Shown piece after piece: positions 38,961 through 48,090 of a stretch of 64,000 nucleotides of DNA (position 1 is its first letter; every line of letters begins with the position of its first letter). The stretch is from Candidatus Aenigmatarchaeota archaeon (GTDB taxonomy: Archaea > Aenigmatarchaeota > Aenigmatarchaeia > CG10238-14 > SCSR01). The DNA lies in contig JAWBNW010000001.1 of NCBI GenBank assembly GCA_039000685.1, positions 14,655-78,654 of the forward strand. Reading direction: 5' to 3'. Below the pieces are notes generated by a model. It ran no database searches and was not told the origin of the DNA. It was given only the letters and a program-made list of their open reading frames with translations. Position numbers and translations under genes: made by a program.

Positions 38961-38996
38961 ATATTTTAATTAAATAATAATTTTTATAGGTGATCT

Positions 38997-41321
38997 ATGG
39001 TAACAAAAAAAGAATTGATTCAAGAATTTCAAAAGAAGCCCGAGCGCTATTGGAAGGTTAAACTCTTCGATGAATTAAACTTCAAAAGAAGGCAGTGCAA
39101 CAAATGTGGCAAATATTTCTGGTCAATAAAAGAACAAGAAACTTGCAATGATTCTACTTGTAGAGCTTACGACTTCATAGGCAAGCCACCAACAAAAAAG
39201 AGCTGGGATATTTTTAAGACTTGGGAAAAAATTCAAAAATTTTTTGTCGATAACAATCATATTGCCCTCAACCGCTATCCCACAGTCTGTAGATGGTATC
39301 CACTTTACTTCACAATCGCAGGTATAGTGAATTTCTATAGAGTTAGTGAGGATGGTAGCCTAGATTGGGAATTTCCAGCAAACCCAACTATCTTGCTGCA
39401 GCCTTGCTTGCGCTTTAATGATATACCAAATGTTGGCTTGAATTCAAAGAGCTTCACTTGCTTTGGTATGGTCCAGCAAACTTCTTTGTTTGATGGCAAA
39501 AAAGGCTATTGGAAAGATAAATGCATAGAACTTGATTTTGAATTGCTAACAAAAGTTTTTGGAATTAAACCAGAAGAGATAAACTTCATAGAAGACGCTT
39601 GGCTTGGCTACGCTGCTTTTGGAAGCAGCTTGGAATACCATGTTCAAGGAATAGAGCTTGGTAATGCCGTCTTCACAGAATTCCTAGGAACCCCTGAGAA
39701 TTACAGGGAAGCAAAAGAAAAAATAATTGACATGGGCGCTGGTTGGGAAAGGCTTGCTTGGATAACTCAAGGCAAACTAACTTGCTATGATGCAGTTTTT
39801 GGTCCAGTTTTAGAGAAGATGAAAAAAACTTGTGGGATAAAGTATGATAAAAAGTTTTTTACACAATACTCAAAAATTTCAGGAAGAATCAATCTTGACG
39901 AGTTTGCAGATTTTAGGCCAGTCTTATCTTCTTTAGCTGAAACACTTAAGATATCTCCCGAAGAACTGCAAAAAACAATCGAGCCTGTACAAGCTTTGTA
40001 CGCAATAGCAGATCATACTAGAGCTTTGGTTTTTGCAATTGCAGATGGCGGTTTGCCGAGCAATGTTGCTGGGGGTTACAACTTGAGAGTTATTTTGAGA
40101 AGATCCTTGAGCTTCATAGATAAGTTTGAATGGAATTTGAGAATAGAGGACGTTGCGAATTGGCACATAGACTATTTGAAAAAAATTTTCCCTGAGCTTG
40201 AAAAAAAGAGAGAAGAGATAGAAAAAATTTTACAGGTTGAAACTAAAAGGTACAAAACTACTAAAGAAAGAGCTGGCAGAATTATTCAGTCGTTTGCTGG
40301 GAGAAAACCAACAGAAGAAGAATTGATAAAGCTATATGATTCTGAAGGAATAACACCTGAGCAACTTGGAATAGAAGTTTCTTCAGATTTCTACACCAAG
40401 GTTACAGAAAGGCATATGGCTGAGAAAGAAGAAGGCGAAAAAATAGCTTTGGATGTCTCTGGCTTACCGAAAACAAAAATTTTGTACTACGACGATGTTA
40501 TCAACTTCAAAGCAAAAGTTTTGAAAATCTCGGGAAACTTTGTCGTTCTGGACCAAACAGCTTTCTATCCGACTTCTGGTGGTCAAGAGCATGATACCGG
40601 CTATATTGGTGATAACAAGGTTGTTGATGTGATGAAAATCCATTCTGTCATACTTCATCAGCTTGAAGGATGCAATTTGAAGGAAGGTCAAATTGTTGAT
40701 TGTAAAGTTGATAAGAAAAGAAGAGAAATTTTGAAGAAGCATCACGATGCAATTCACATAATAAGTGGGGCAGCAAGAAAAGTTTTGGGTCAACATGTCC
40801 ATCAATATGGTGCAGAAAAGACAGAAGAAAAAGCAAGAATTGACATAACACACTTCGAAGCCTTAAGCGAAGAGGAAGAGGAAAAAATAGAAAAGCTTGC
40901 AAATGAAATTGTGCAAAAAGGTTTGCCAATAAATAAGTTTATTTTGGATAGAGGTGAAGCTGAAAAGAAATATGGTTTTGGAATTTATGCAGGTGGCTAC
41001 ATACCTTCAAGAAAGCTTAGGATTGTTGAGATAAAGAGGTTTGATGTTGAAGCTTGTGGAGGCTTGCATGGCAACAACACAAAAGAAGTTGGTTTAATAA
41101 AAATCTTGAGGACGAAAAGAATTGCTGATGGTTTGGTTAGAATTGAAATAAAAGCAGGAGATGTTGCTCTAGAATACTTGAAAGAAAAAGAAAGAATATT
41201 GAGAGAAGTTGAAAAAAGGCTAGATGTAAAGGAAGAAAAAGTTGTTGAAGCTGTAAAAGAACTTTTCGAAAAGTGGAAAAAACTTAGAAAGCAGTTGAAA
41301 AAAATGAGGAAGAAAAAATGA
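38997..41321 (+). CDS. alaS: Alanyl-tRNA synthetase lacking the C-Ala globular domain
   Basis: QPCLRFND, IDMGAGWER, IADHTR, FYPTSGGQEHD, HxxxH and CGGLH editing motifs. Confidence 0.95.
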   Translation: MVTKKELIQEFQKKPERYWKVKLFDELNFKRRQCNKCGKYFWSIKEQETCNDSTCRAYDFIGKPPTKKSWDIFKTWEKIQKFFVDNNHIALNRYPTVCRWYPLYFTIAGIVNFYRVSEDGSLDWEFPANPTILLQPCLRFNDIPNVGLNSKSFTCFGMVQQTSLFDGKKGYWKDKCIELDFELLTKVFGIKPEEINFIEDAWLGYAAFGSSLEYHVQGIELGNAVFTEFLGTPENYREAKEKIIDMGAGWERLAWITQGKLTCYDAVFGPVLEKMKKTCGIKYDKKFFTQYSKISGRINLDEFADFRPVLSSLAETLKISPEELQKTIEPVQALYAIADHTRALVFAIADGGLPSNVAGGYNLRVILRRSLSFIDKFEWNLRIEDVANWHIDYLKKIFPELEKKREEIEKILQVETKRYKTTKERAGRIIQSFAGRKPTEEELIKLYDSEGITPEQLGIEVSSDFYTKVTERHMAEKEEGEKIALDVSGLPKTKILYYDDVINFKAKVLKISGNFVVLDQTAFYPTSGGQEHDTGYIGDNKVVDVMKIHSVILHQLEGCNLKEGQIVDCKVDKKRREILKKHHDAIHIISGAARKVLGQHVHQYGAEKTEEKARIDITHFEALSEEEEEKIEKLANEIVQKGLPINKFILDRGEAEKKYGFGIYAGGYIPSRKLRIVEIKRFDVEACGGLHGNNTKEVGLIKILRTKRIADGLVRIEIKAGDVALEYLKEKERILREVEKRLDVKEEKVVEAVKELFEKWKKLRKQLKKMRKKK

Positions 41322-41473
41322 TTTCAAGAAGAGAATGGGAAGAATTGAAGAAGAAAGAAAAGATATTGAGAAAAGCTACTGAGATCCTTAGGGTTGAGGA
41401 TAAAGATTTGCCTAGAGTCATAGAGAGATTTCAAAAGGAGATAAAAGAAATGGAAGAAAAGTTAAGAGAGTAA
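41318..41473 (+). CDS. 51-aa protein resembling the AlaRS C-terminal helical linker (absent from the ORF track)
   Basis: ATGA overlap with alaS; KEKILRKATEILRVEDKDLPRVIERFQKE compared with AlaRS KERILREVEKRLDVKEEKVVEAVKELFEK. Confidence 0.6.
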   Translation: MISRREWEELKKKEKILRKATEILRVEDKDLPRVIERFQKEIKEMEEKLRE

Positions 41474-41474
41474 C

Positions 41475-42044
41475 TCAATAATCGTATGGCACAATCCATA
41501 ATTCCTCAAAATCTTCTAAACTATACTCCTTAGTTTTTAATCTTTCTCTTTCTTCTTCCAATCCTTTTTTAAATTCTCTCCATTTTTCATCTAATTTAAT
41601 CAATTCATTACCATATTTTATCACAAAATCAAATGGCCTTATAAACTTTCTATCTTTCGAAAGATGCGAATCAAGACTAACTATATTTTCCACTTCATTT
41701 AATTTGGCAAGGGTCAATAGTGCGCCATCAACCGAGCCATATTTTTCTTTATTTTTGATCAACTTCTTATCTAGTCTTATTCGGATAAAATTTCTATTTT
41801 TTAAGATATTATAAACCCAAGAACAGCCTAAACCATTATATTTTTTAATCAAACATTTTATAATTTCTTTTTCAGTCCCGTAGGCTATACCAAACTTTAA
41901 TGTACTATTGTCTTGTGATTCGACTATTCTCCAACAATCTGGATAACACCTAACGGCCCCAATGAAAATATTTGAGTCCAAAAGATTGATTTTTTGAGGA
42001 AGTTGACCAAAACCTTTTTCATCCCATATCGTGTAATCTTTCAT
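41475..42044 (-). CDS. PIN-domain protein
   Basis: LLDSNIFI, GTEKEI, VDGALL and IVSLDSHL acidic motifs. Confidence 0.65.
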   Translation of the reverse strand: MKDYTIWDEKGFGQLPQKINLLDSNIFIGAVRCYPDCWRIVESQDNSTLKFGIAYGTEKEIIKCLIKKYNGLGCSWVYNILKNRNFIRIRLDKKLIKNKEKYGSVDGALLTLAKLNEVENIVSLDSHLSKDRKFIRPFDFVIKYGNELIKLDEKWREFKKGLEEERERLKTKEYSLEDFEELWIVPYDY

Positions 42045-42098
42045 ATTTTTAATCTTTTTGATAATTATTAATCTTTTTTCTTGAATAATACACAGTTA

Positions 42099-42695
42099 TT
42101 AAGAAGTCTTCCCTTTAGGCAATATCATCAAACCTTCTTCCGGATCTCCTATTGCAAGATAATTGTTCTCTAAGAACAGCTTTCCGATTAAAGCAGAAGT
42201 GATAGCATCTAGCTCATCGTCTGTTATTTTCTCTTTTTCAACATCTCCCCTAAACCCAAATTTTATCAAGGCCTTTCTCAGTTTTTCTATTCCCTTTTTC
42301 TTTCTAGAAATCCCAAGTATGTCTTGAGCTGCTCCGGGAAAACTTTCTATAACTTTGTAGCCTTTTCTTTCAAAAAATTTCTTCAGTTTCATTCCTCTTT
42401 TAGTCAAGCTTCTCATAGGCCCAAGTGTAATAGGGAAGAATTTTATCTTCATTTTAATCAATTCTCTATCACATGCCCTAAGATGAGGGCCTTTTTGCTC
42501 AATAGTTTTCCTACCTTTCGGTAAACTCAGAGGAGCATCTATGCTTATGATGTCAGGATTTCTTTTGAGGCTCTCTTCAATTATTTCTTTGTCTGAATGC
42601 AAAGCAAGGGTCTTACAATTCAAATTCTCATCCATAAAACAAAATCCGGTTGTTTGTTTCTCGCTACCAGCCAAATCTATACCAACAATCCTCAT
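42099..42695 (-). CDS. DUF429 family RNase H-like predicted nuclease
   Basis: MRIVGIDLAG, IDAPLSLP, RACDREL, IESFP, DELDAI. Confidence 0.85.
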   Translation of the reverse strand: MRIVGIDLAGSEKQTTGFCFMDENLNCKTLALHSDKEIIEESLKRNPDIISIDAPLSLPKGRKTIEQKGPHLRACDRELIKMKIKFFPITLGPMRSLTKRGMKLKKFFERKGYKVIESFPGAAQDILGISRKKKGIEKLRKALIKFGFRGDVEKEKITDDELDAITSALIGKLFLENNYLAIGDPEEGLMILPKGKTS

Positions 42696-42706
42696 CTCAA
42701 TTCCAC

Positions 42707-43165
42707 TTAAACCTTGGCACATTCAACAGGTGGATAAAGCATGATTTCACACAAAACATCCATTACATTTTCTTCTGTTATGTTTTCTCCTTCCAATTCT
42801 TTTTCTTGAAGGTAAATTCTATTCTCTGTTATGTTAAAACCTATGAAGTGGAGCTTTGGAAAGCTTTCATTGACCAAAATCTTTTCCAAGAAAACTTTGT
42901 CGCTATACTGATTTGCAAAATCTTCTAGGAGAGAAATCTTTTCTTGACAATCTTGGCAGTCTTGACCATACAGAAATTCCAACAAAACCCTGCCTTGTCT
43001 CAAAACAAGATTTTTTTGCTGGACATCCAGCTCATAATTCACTATGTTTCCTTCTGGCAGGGTCGGCCTTGAAATTAAAGAAGATATGAAATAAATAAGG
43101 GTAGAGCTAAGCATGAGCAGAGCCAAGAAAATTCCAAGCAAGCTTGACTTCTTCATACTTAACAA
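42707..43165 (-). CDS. Membrane-anchored thioredoxin-like hypothetical protein
   Basis: N-terminal TM, CQDC motif, C-terminal LC....PPVEC. Confidence 0.55.
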   Translation of the reverse strand: MLSMKKSSLLGIFLALLMLSSTLIYFISSLISRPTLPEGNIVNYELDVQQKNLVLRQGRVLLEFLYGQDCQDCQEKISLLEDFANQYSDKVFLEKILVNESFPKLHFIGFNITENRIYLQEKELEGENITEENVMDVLCEIMLYPPVECAKV

Positions 43166-43200
43166 ATTTAACTCCTTAAGATAAATTTTTATTAGATGAT

Positions 43201-43992
43201 ATGGTTCTGGAAAGATTGGTAAGTGTGAGAGGTGCTCTCAAGCAGCCCTTTTGGGTCTTCATCTTGGGCGGCTTGATTTCCACTATAAGCTTAGCTTTGT
43301 CTTTCTTAATTTTTCCCGACTCTGTTGGTCTGATCAGCAACTTCTTCATCACATTTGGTATAATGCCTTTCATGCTAGATTTCATAAGGTATGAAGGAGC
43401 TAATGTAGAGCAGAAAGCGGAAGAACTGAAGAAGATGAACATCTTCCAAAGACATAGAAATGTAATAATGATCTATACAGCTTTTTTTGCCGGCATGGTT
43501 CTGACACAAACAATCCTCTACATGATGATCCCTGAAAATTGGTGTCAAAAACTCTTCAACGATCAGATCACTCAAATAAATTTGATAAGAGGCAAGGCCA
43601 CTTTTGGTGGGACATTTTCCACTATACTAATAAACAATTCTGGTGTTCTCATGCTCTCTTTTCTCTTTTCTTTCTTGTTCGGCGCAGGAGCAATTTTCAT
43701 CTTGGCTTGGAATGCTTCAGTTCTTTCTGTTGCAATTGGAATGACGGCAAAAAGTTTAGGCGGCTTTAGAGGGATTCCTCTAGCGATTCTAACTTTCTTC
43801 CCTCATGGGAGTCTTGAGATTTTGGCTTACTTCATAGGAGGAATTGCAGGTGGCTTGGCTTCTGTGGCTTTCACAAAAAGGAAAACAGAAAAATTCAGTT
43901 TTGTCTTGAGAGATAGTTTTGAGATGATGTTAGCTGCTTTTGTTTTGTTGGTGATAGCAGCCACAATAGAAACCACAATAATCGTGGCTTAA
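43201..43992 (+). CDS. SpoIIM-like membrane protein
   Basis: ILINN, ILAWNAS, PHGSLEILAY, AATIE. Confidence 0.8.
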   Translation: MVLERLVSVRGALKQPFWVFILGGLISTISLALSFLIFPDSVGLISNFFITFGIMPFMLDFIRYEGANVEQKAEELKKMNIFQRHRNVIMIYTAFFAGMVLTQTILYMMIPENWCQKLFNDQITQINLIRGKATFGGTFSTILINNSGVLMLSFLFSFLFGAGAIFILAWNASVLSVAIGMTAKSLGGFRGIPLAILTFFPHGSLEILAYFIGGIAGGLASVAFTKRKTEKFSFVLRDSFEMMLAAFVLLVIAATIETTIIVA

Positions 43993-46686
43993 TCACTCTA
44001 AATAAATCCCGGGTTTACCATACTTTGCTTTTGCTGCCTTGTTTTGTGGATCATACTTTTTCTCATCAGAAGCCTTGAAAGCAAAAATTTTCTTGAATCC
44101 AAACTTCTTCTTCAAGAATTTCACATTTTCTTCAAAATATTCCAGCTCTTTGTCGGTCACAAAATAAAAGTAAGCTTTCTCTTTTTTTCCAGCAAGCTTG
44201 AGAACTTGAGATACATCTTCCATCAATTTTTTGAAATTTTGCTCTAACTCTAAAACATTCTTATCAATTTTACTCTCTTCAGCTTCAGGCCATTTGGCCA
44301 CACAAACGAAGTCGTTGTTTCCAAGCTCGTGCCACCACTCTTCAGCCACATGAGGCAAGACAGGAGCAAGAATTTTCACCATGTTTCTAACAGCTTCAGA
44401 AATTATTTGCTTGTTGCAATTCTTTATTCCACCGCATCTTTCCAAATATTCTTTCAAATCATTGATGAATTCAAAAAGAGCAACTTGGACTGCTGTTCTG
44501 AACTTAAGCTCTTCATAAGCTTCAGTAGCTTTCTTCACATTTTGTTGAACTTTGCTCTGCAACAACAAATCAATTTTTTTTAAATCTTCCCTTTCAGTTT
44601 TCTTCAAATCTTTAACAAGTTTTGAGATGAATTTTATCTTTGAAGCATAAGTTGCAACAGTTTCATCTCTCCAATCCCCATCATCCAAATTTTCAGCAGA
44701 AGCCGTGATGTTTATTCTGACCAAATCACTTCCAATTTTTTTCACCAAATCTTTCAAAGGTATTATGTTTCCTTTAGACTTACTCATCTTCGTCCCACTT
44801 GCATTAACAAAACCATTCACACCAATTGCCTTGGGCCAATACTTTGGATCATCCCAAATGGCGACATGGTGGAAGATATAGAACGTCAAATGATTTTGAA
44901 CGAGATCTTTGCCAGAGTTCCTCAAGTCAACAGGATAGAAATATTCAAATTCTCTTCTCATTTCTTCTATTATTTCTTTCTCCAAACCAGAGTTTTTACT
45001 CACTTCTTCCATATCTCCTTTACCCAAAAAAACATAATCGAAAACTTCATCCGTCAGTTTTTTGGCAGGTATTTTTTTCTCATTTATCACTTTTGCTATT
45101 GTGTAGTAGGCCATATAGATCACGCTGTCAGAAAGAGTTTCAATCTTCCAGCTCTTGTCCCATGGCAACGGCGTCCCCAAGCCAGTTTTTCTCGTGCAAG
45201 CCTTATCTTTCAGCCAGTCTACCGTGTTCAAGAACTGACTTCTTATCTCTTCTGGATAAAATTTCATAGCTTTTATGCATCGCCTGACCTTTTCTTTCCA
45301 TTCTTCATCTGAAAATTTCAAGAACCATTGATTCTCTAAAATCTTCACATGATTTTTTGTCCCACATCTACATACAACTAGACCAGTTGATTCCCACATC
45401 ACATCTGCTATTCCTCTTTCAATGAAATCTTTTGAAAGCTTTTCCTTGCATTCAGAAACTTTCATCCCAGAATATTCACCACAATTTTCTTTCAATACAC
45501 CAAGATGGAATTCTTTCTTGTAAACTTCGGAAGTAGCTTCCTCTAATTTTTCTTTGTCATTTTGATCTTTAACTCCAAGCTTCTCACAGAATTCTATTCC
45601 AGGATGATCCCCAAGTTCAGGTGTTTTTATCAGTGATATTGGTTCAATCTCAAGAACAACTTTTGGATCAATCCCATATTTTTTAACTTCTTCAGGATTT
45701 CTTTGCAGATCATAAAGACCAATCCAATCATAAGGGGCATGAGAAGGGACAGACATCACAATTCCAGTAGCAGAATCTGGATCAACAAAGCTTGCAGGCA
45801 AAACTATAACTTTATCTCCATTCACAGGATTTTCCACGTACTTACCAACAAACTCTGAACCTTTTATGCTACTCAAAACTTCAACTCTTTTCAATTGGTC
45901 TTTGAGCTTCCCAGCAGCCTCTTTGCTTAAGAGCCAAGTTTCAGAATCAACTTTAGCCCAAACATACTCAACATCTGGATTAATCCAAAGATTTGTTACA
46001 CCATAAGTTGTTTCCGGTCTTAAAGTACCACAAGGTAAAATTTCTCCTGAGCTGAGTCTAAATTTTATCAAGATATAGTCTATTGGGCTTTCACCCTCAC
46101 CTTTAAGTCTGTCATGATCTCCTGTGGGTGATTGACATTTTGGACACCAAATAACAGGGTGAGTACCTTGAACAACATATCCTTTTTTTCTTAAAGTGTT
46201 GTATTGCCATTCAATAAATCTACTGAAACAAGGGTCTATTGCAGTTATGAATTTTCTTCTCCAGTCAACTGAAAAACCCATTGATCTTGCGGCCTTCTCT
46301 ATTTTCTTCGTCCAGAATTTTGCAACAAATTCCGGTCCCCTCTTTACAAAATTCTCCAGATCTTTGTCAGTTGCACCAAATGAATAGAAAGTCTCAATCT
46401 GAGTTTTATCCCTCGATTTAATCCTTTCAATCGAGCCTAAAATCGGTTCACCAGTCGCGTGGAAACCCATGGCAAGCATGGCATTAAATCCTTGCATTCT
46501 CTTGAATCTGCAATAAACATCAATCCTGCTGTAAGTGAAAGCATGTCCTATGTGAAGATCAGCATTAACATAAGGAATTATCAAGGAAGTGAAAAATTTT
46601 TGTTTGCTTGGGTCAACATTTGCTTCAAAAATCTTAGCCTTTTCCCACTCAGCTTGCCATTTCTTCTCTATTTTCTTTAGGTTCAT
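43993..46686 (-). CDS. leuS: Leucyl-tRNA synthetase (archaeal type)
   Basis: LHIGH, GDHDRLKGEG, TLRPET, MSVPSHAPYD, GKDLVQNHL, KMSKS. Confidence 0.96.
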   Translation of the reverse strand: MNLKKIEKKWQAEWEKAKIFEANVDPSKQKFFTSLIIPYVNADLHIGHAFTYSRIDVYCRFKRMQGFNAMLAMGFHATGEPILGSIERIKSRDKTQIETFYSFGATDKDLENFVKRGPEFVAKFWTKKIEKAARSMGFSVDWRRKFITAIDPCFSRFIEWQYNTLRKKGYVVQGTHPVIWCPKCQSPTGDHDRLKGEGESPIDYILIKFRLSSGEILPCGTLRPETTYGVTNLWINPDVEYVWAKVDSETWLLSKEAAGKLKDQLKRVEVLSSIKGSEFVGKYVENPVNGDKVIVLPASFVDPDSATGIVMSVPSHAPYDWIGLYDLQRNPEEVKKYGIDPKVVLEIEPISLIKTPELGDHPGIEFCEKLGVKDQNDKEKLEEATSEVYKKEFHLGVLKENCGEYSGMKVSECKEKLSKDFIERGIADVMWESTGLVVCRCGTKNHVKILENQWFLKFSDEEWKEKVRRCIKAMKFYPEEIRSQFLNTVDWLKDKACTRKTGLGTPLPWDKSWKIETLSDSVIYMAYYTIAKVINEKKIPAKKLTDEVFDYVFLGKGDMEEVSKNSGLEKEIIEEMRREFEYFYPVDLRNSGKDLVQNHLTFYIFHHVAIWDDPKYWPKAIGVNGFVNASGTKMSKSKGNIIPLKDLVKKIGSDLVRINITASAENLDDGDWRDETVATYASKIKFISKLVKDLKKTEREDLKKIDLLLQSKVQQNVKKATEAYEELKFRTAVQVALFEFINDLKEYLERCGGIKNCNKQIISEAVRNMVKILAPVLPHVAEEWWHELGNNDFVCVAKWPEAEESKIDKNVLELEQNFKKLMEDVSQVLKLAGKKEKAYFYFVTDKELEYFEENVKFLKKKFGFKKIFAFKASDEKKYDPQNKAAKAKYGKPGIYLE

Positions 46687-46734
46687 GAATAACCTCCTCG
46701 ATAAATTGTAATATAGAGAAAGAGAGCTTTAAGC

Positions 46735-46767
46735 TTACAGGAGAAGTCGCTCACCCATCTCGCTCAC
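46735..46767 (-). promoter_or_regulatory. Putative leuS leader peptide (MSE)MGERLLL*
   Basis: GTG/ATG start about 24 nt after a TTTTTATT box; three tandem Leu codons before TAA; TCTCCT is complementary to the leuS SD AGGAGG. Confidence 0.55.
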
Positions 46768-46801
46768 TAAATTATTTTTAAGAAAGAAAGAATAAAAAGC
46801 T

Positions 46802-48037
46802 TTAGGCTACAATGCTCTTCAATACACGATAAATAGATTCTGGTATGTTTGCGCTTAAGTTATGTGTATTGTTACGAAAGTCCGGTCTTGTGTTGAATTC
46901 ATTTGCATATGGAGTGCATTTGTCCAAATGTTCTAATATAAGTGATTGAGCCTCTAAATATTCTGGTAGGGATTTGAATTCTGCGTATATTTGGTCATGT
47001 TCTCTCAAGGTTTTGTTAAATTCACCTTCAGTGCATCTATTTTCCAATCTTTTTTCCAATGCAACTTTAACTTTTGTTTTGACTGGTTCTATTTTCTCGG
47101 TTTTGAACTTACTAAGCTTTTTTATTCCTTCATATATTTTTTTTCTTTCCTCACCATCCTCACATACAGGAATTATATCAATCCCTCCATACAATGCGTC
47201 TATATTAAATCCCCGAGATCTCGTGAAATTAACAAGTGCATTTATACACTCAACAGCAATTTTCTCATATTTGGGAGGTGTGGGTATTCCTATAGGAATC
47301 GCTCCTAAAGCTGTATTTTTAGCAATTATCTCATCACTACTTACAACACGAGCCAAACAACCAATAACAACTGGAGATTTACCCTTCTCTTTTTCTAAAG
47401 ATATTCTTAAGTCAAGAGCATGTGGTTTGAATTCCTCCGCATATACACCATACGGATTGCTTAGACATGGAAAGAGGGCTTCATTTATTTTTCCACGATC
47501 TTTATAATTTTGAAAGGCTGTGACACAAGTCCTTAGGAAGTCTTTTTCACTTTCGATATAAAAAATAGCTTTACCTCTACTTCCTTCCGTAGGCTTTATA
47601 ACAGCCTTCTTCCATTCTTGAAAGATCAATTTCGAAATTTTTTCTGCAGCATTTCTGTTTAACGAAAATCGATCACCATACTTTTTAATCGGAAAATCTT
47701 GAATTAAAATACTATCTATAGTAGGTATTCTATATCTTCTAAAGATATCTTTTAGTCTCGGTTTTGAGTTAGAAAAATATTCAACTCCATATGGATTTAT
47801 AACAAGTATATCAGCCTTTTCAAAATTTTCTGTGCTATTTTCCCTAAAATTTTTACTCGTGGCTCTATTAACTATAGCTTCTATACCGTACGAATTAATC
47901 AAACTGCGGGTTTCTTCAGGTGATTTGAATGAGAAATTTTTTAAATCAATAAACTGAATTTCTACTTTTTTACTTAGTTCTTCTAGTAGTGAAAACTCAT
48001 CCAATAATATTTCATCACTTGCTAGCCCAATTTTCAT
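46802..48037 (-). CDS. RimK/LysX-like ATP-grasp protein (divergent, with insertion)
   Basis: AIVNRAT, VINP, AVIKPTEGSRGK, DLRI, KNTALGA, GGIDII, NEFNTRPDF. Confidence 0.7.
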   Translation of the reverse strand: MKIGLASDEILLDEFSLLEELSKKVEIQFIDLKNFSFKSPEETRSLINSYGIEAIVNRATSKNFRENSTENFEKADILVINPYGVEYFSNSKPRLKDIFRRYRIPTIDSILIQDFPIKKYGDRFSLNRNAAEKISKLIFQEWKKAVIKPTEGSRGKAIFYIESEKDFLRTCVTAFQNYKDRGKINEALFPCLSNPYGVYAEEFKPHALDLRISLEKEKGKSPVVIGCLARVVSSDEIIAKNTALGAIPIGIPTPPKYEKIAVECINALVNFTRSRGFNIDALYGGIDIIPVCEDGEERKKIYEGIKKLSKFKTEKIEPVKTKVKVALEKRLENRCTEGEFNKTLREHDQIYAEFKSLPEYLEAQSLILEHLDKCTPYANEFNTRPDFRNNTHNLSANIPESIYRVLKSIVA

Positions 48038-48090
48038 AATTAGTTAAAAAATAACAAAGTTTTAAATCCTTAACTATAAGGATTAAAAAT

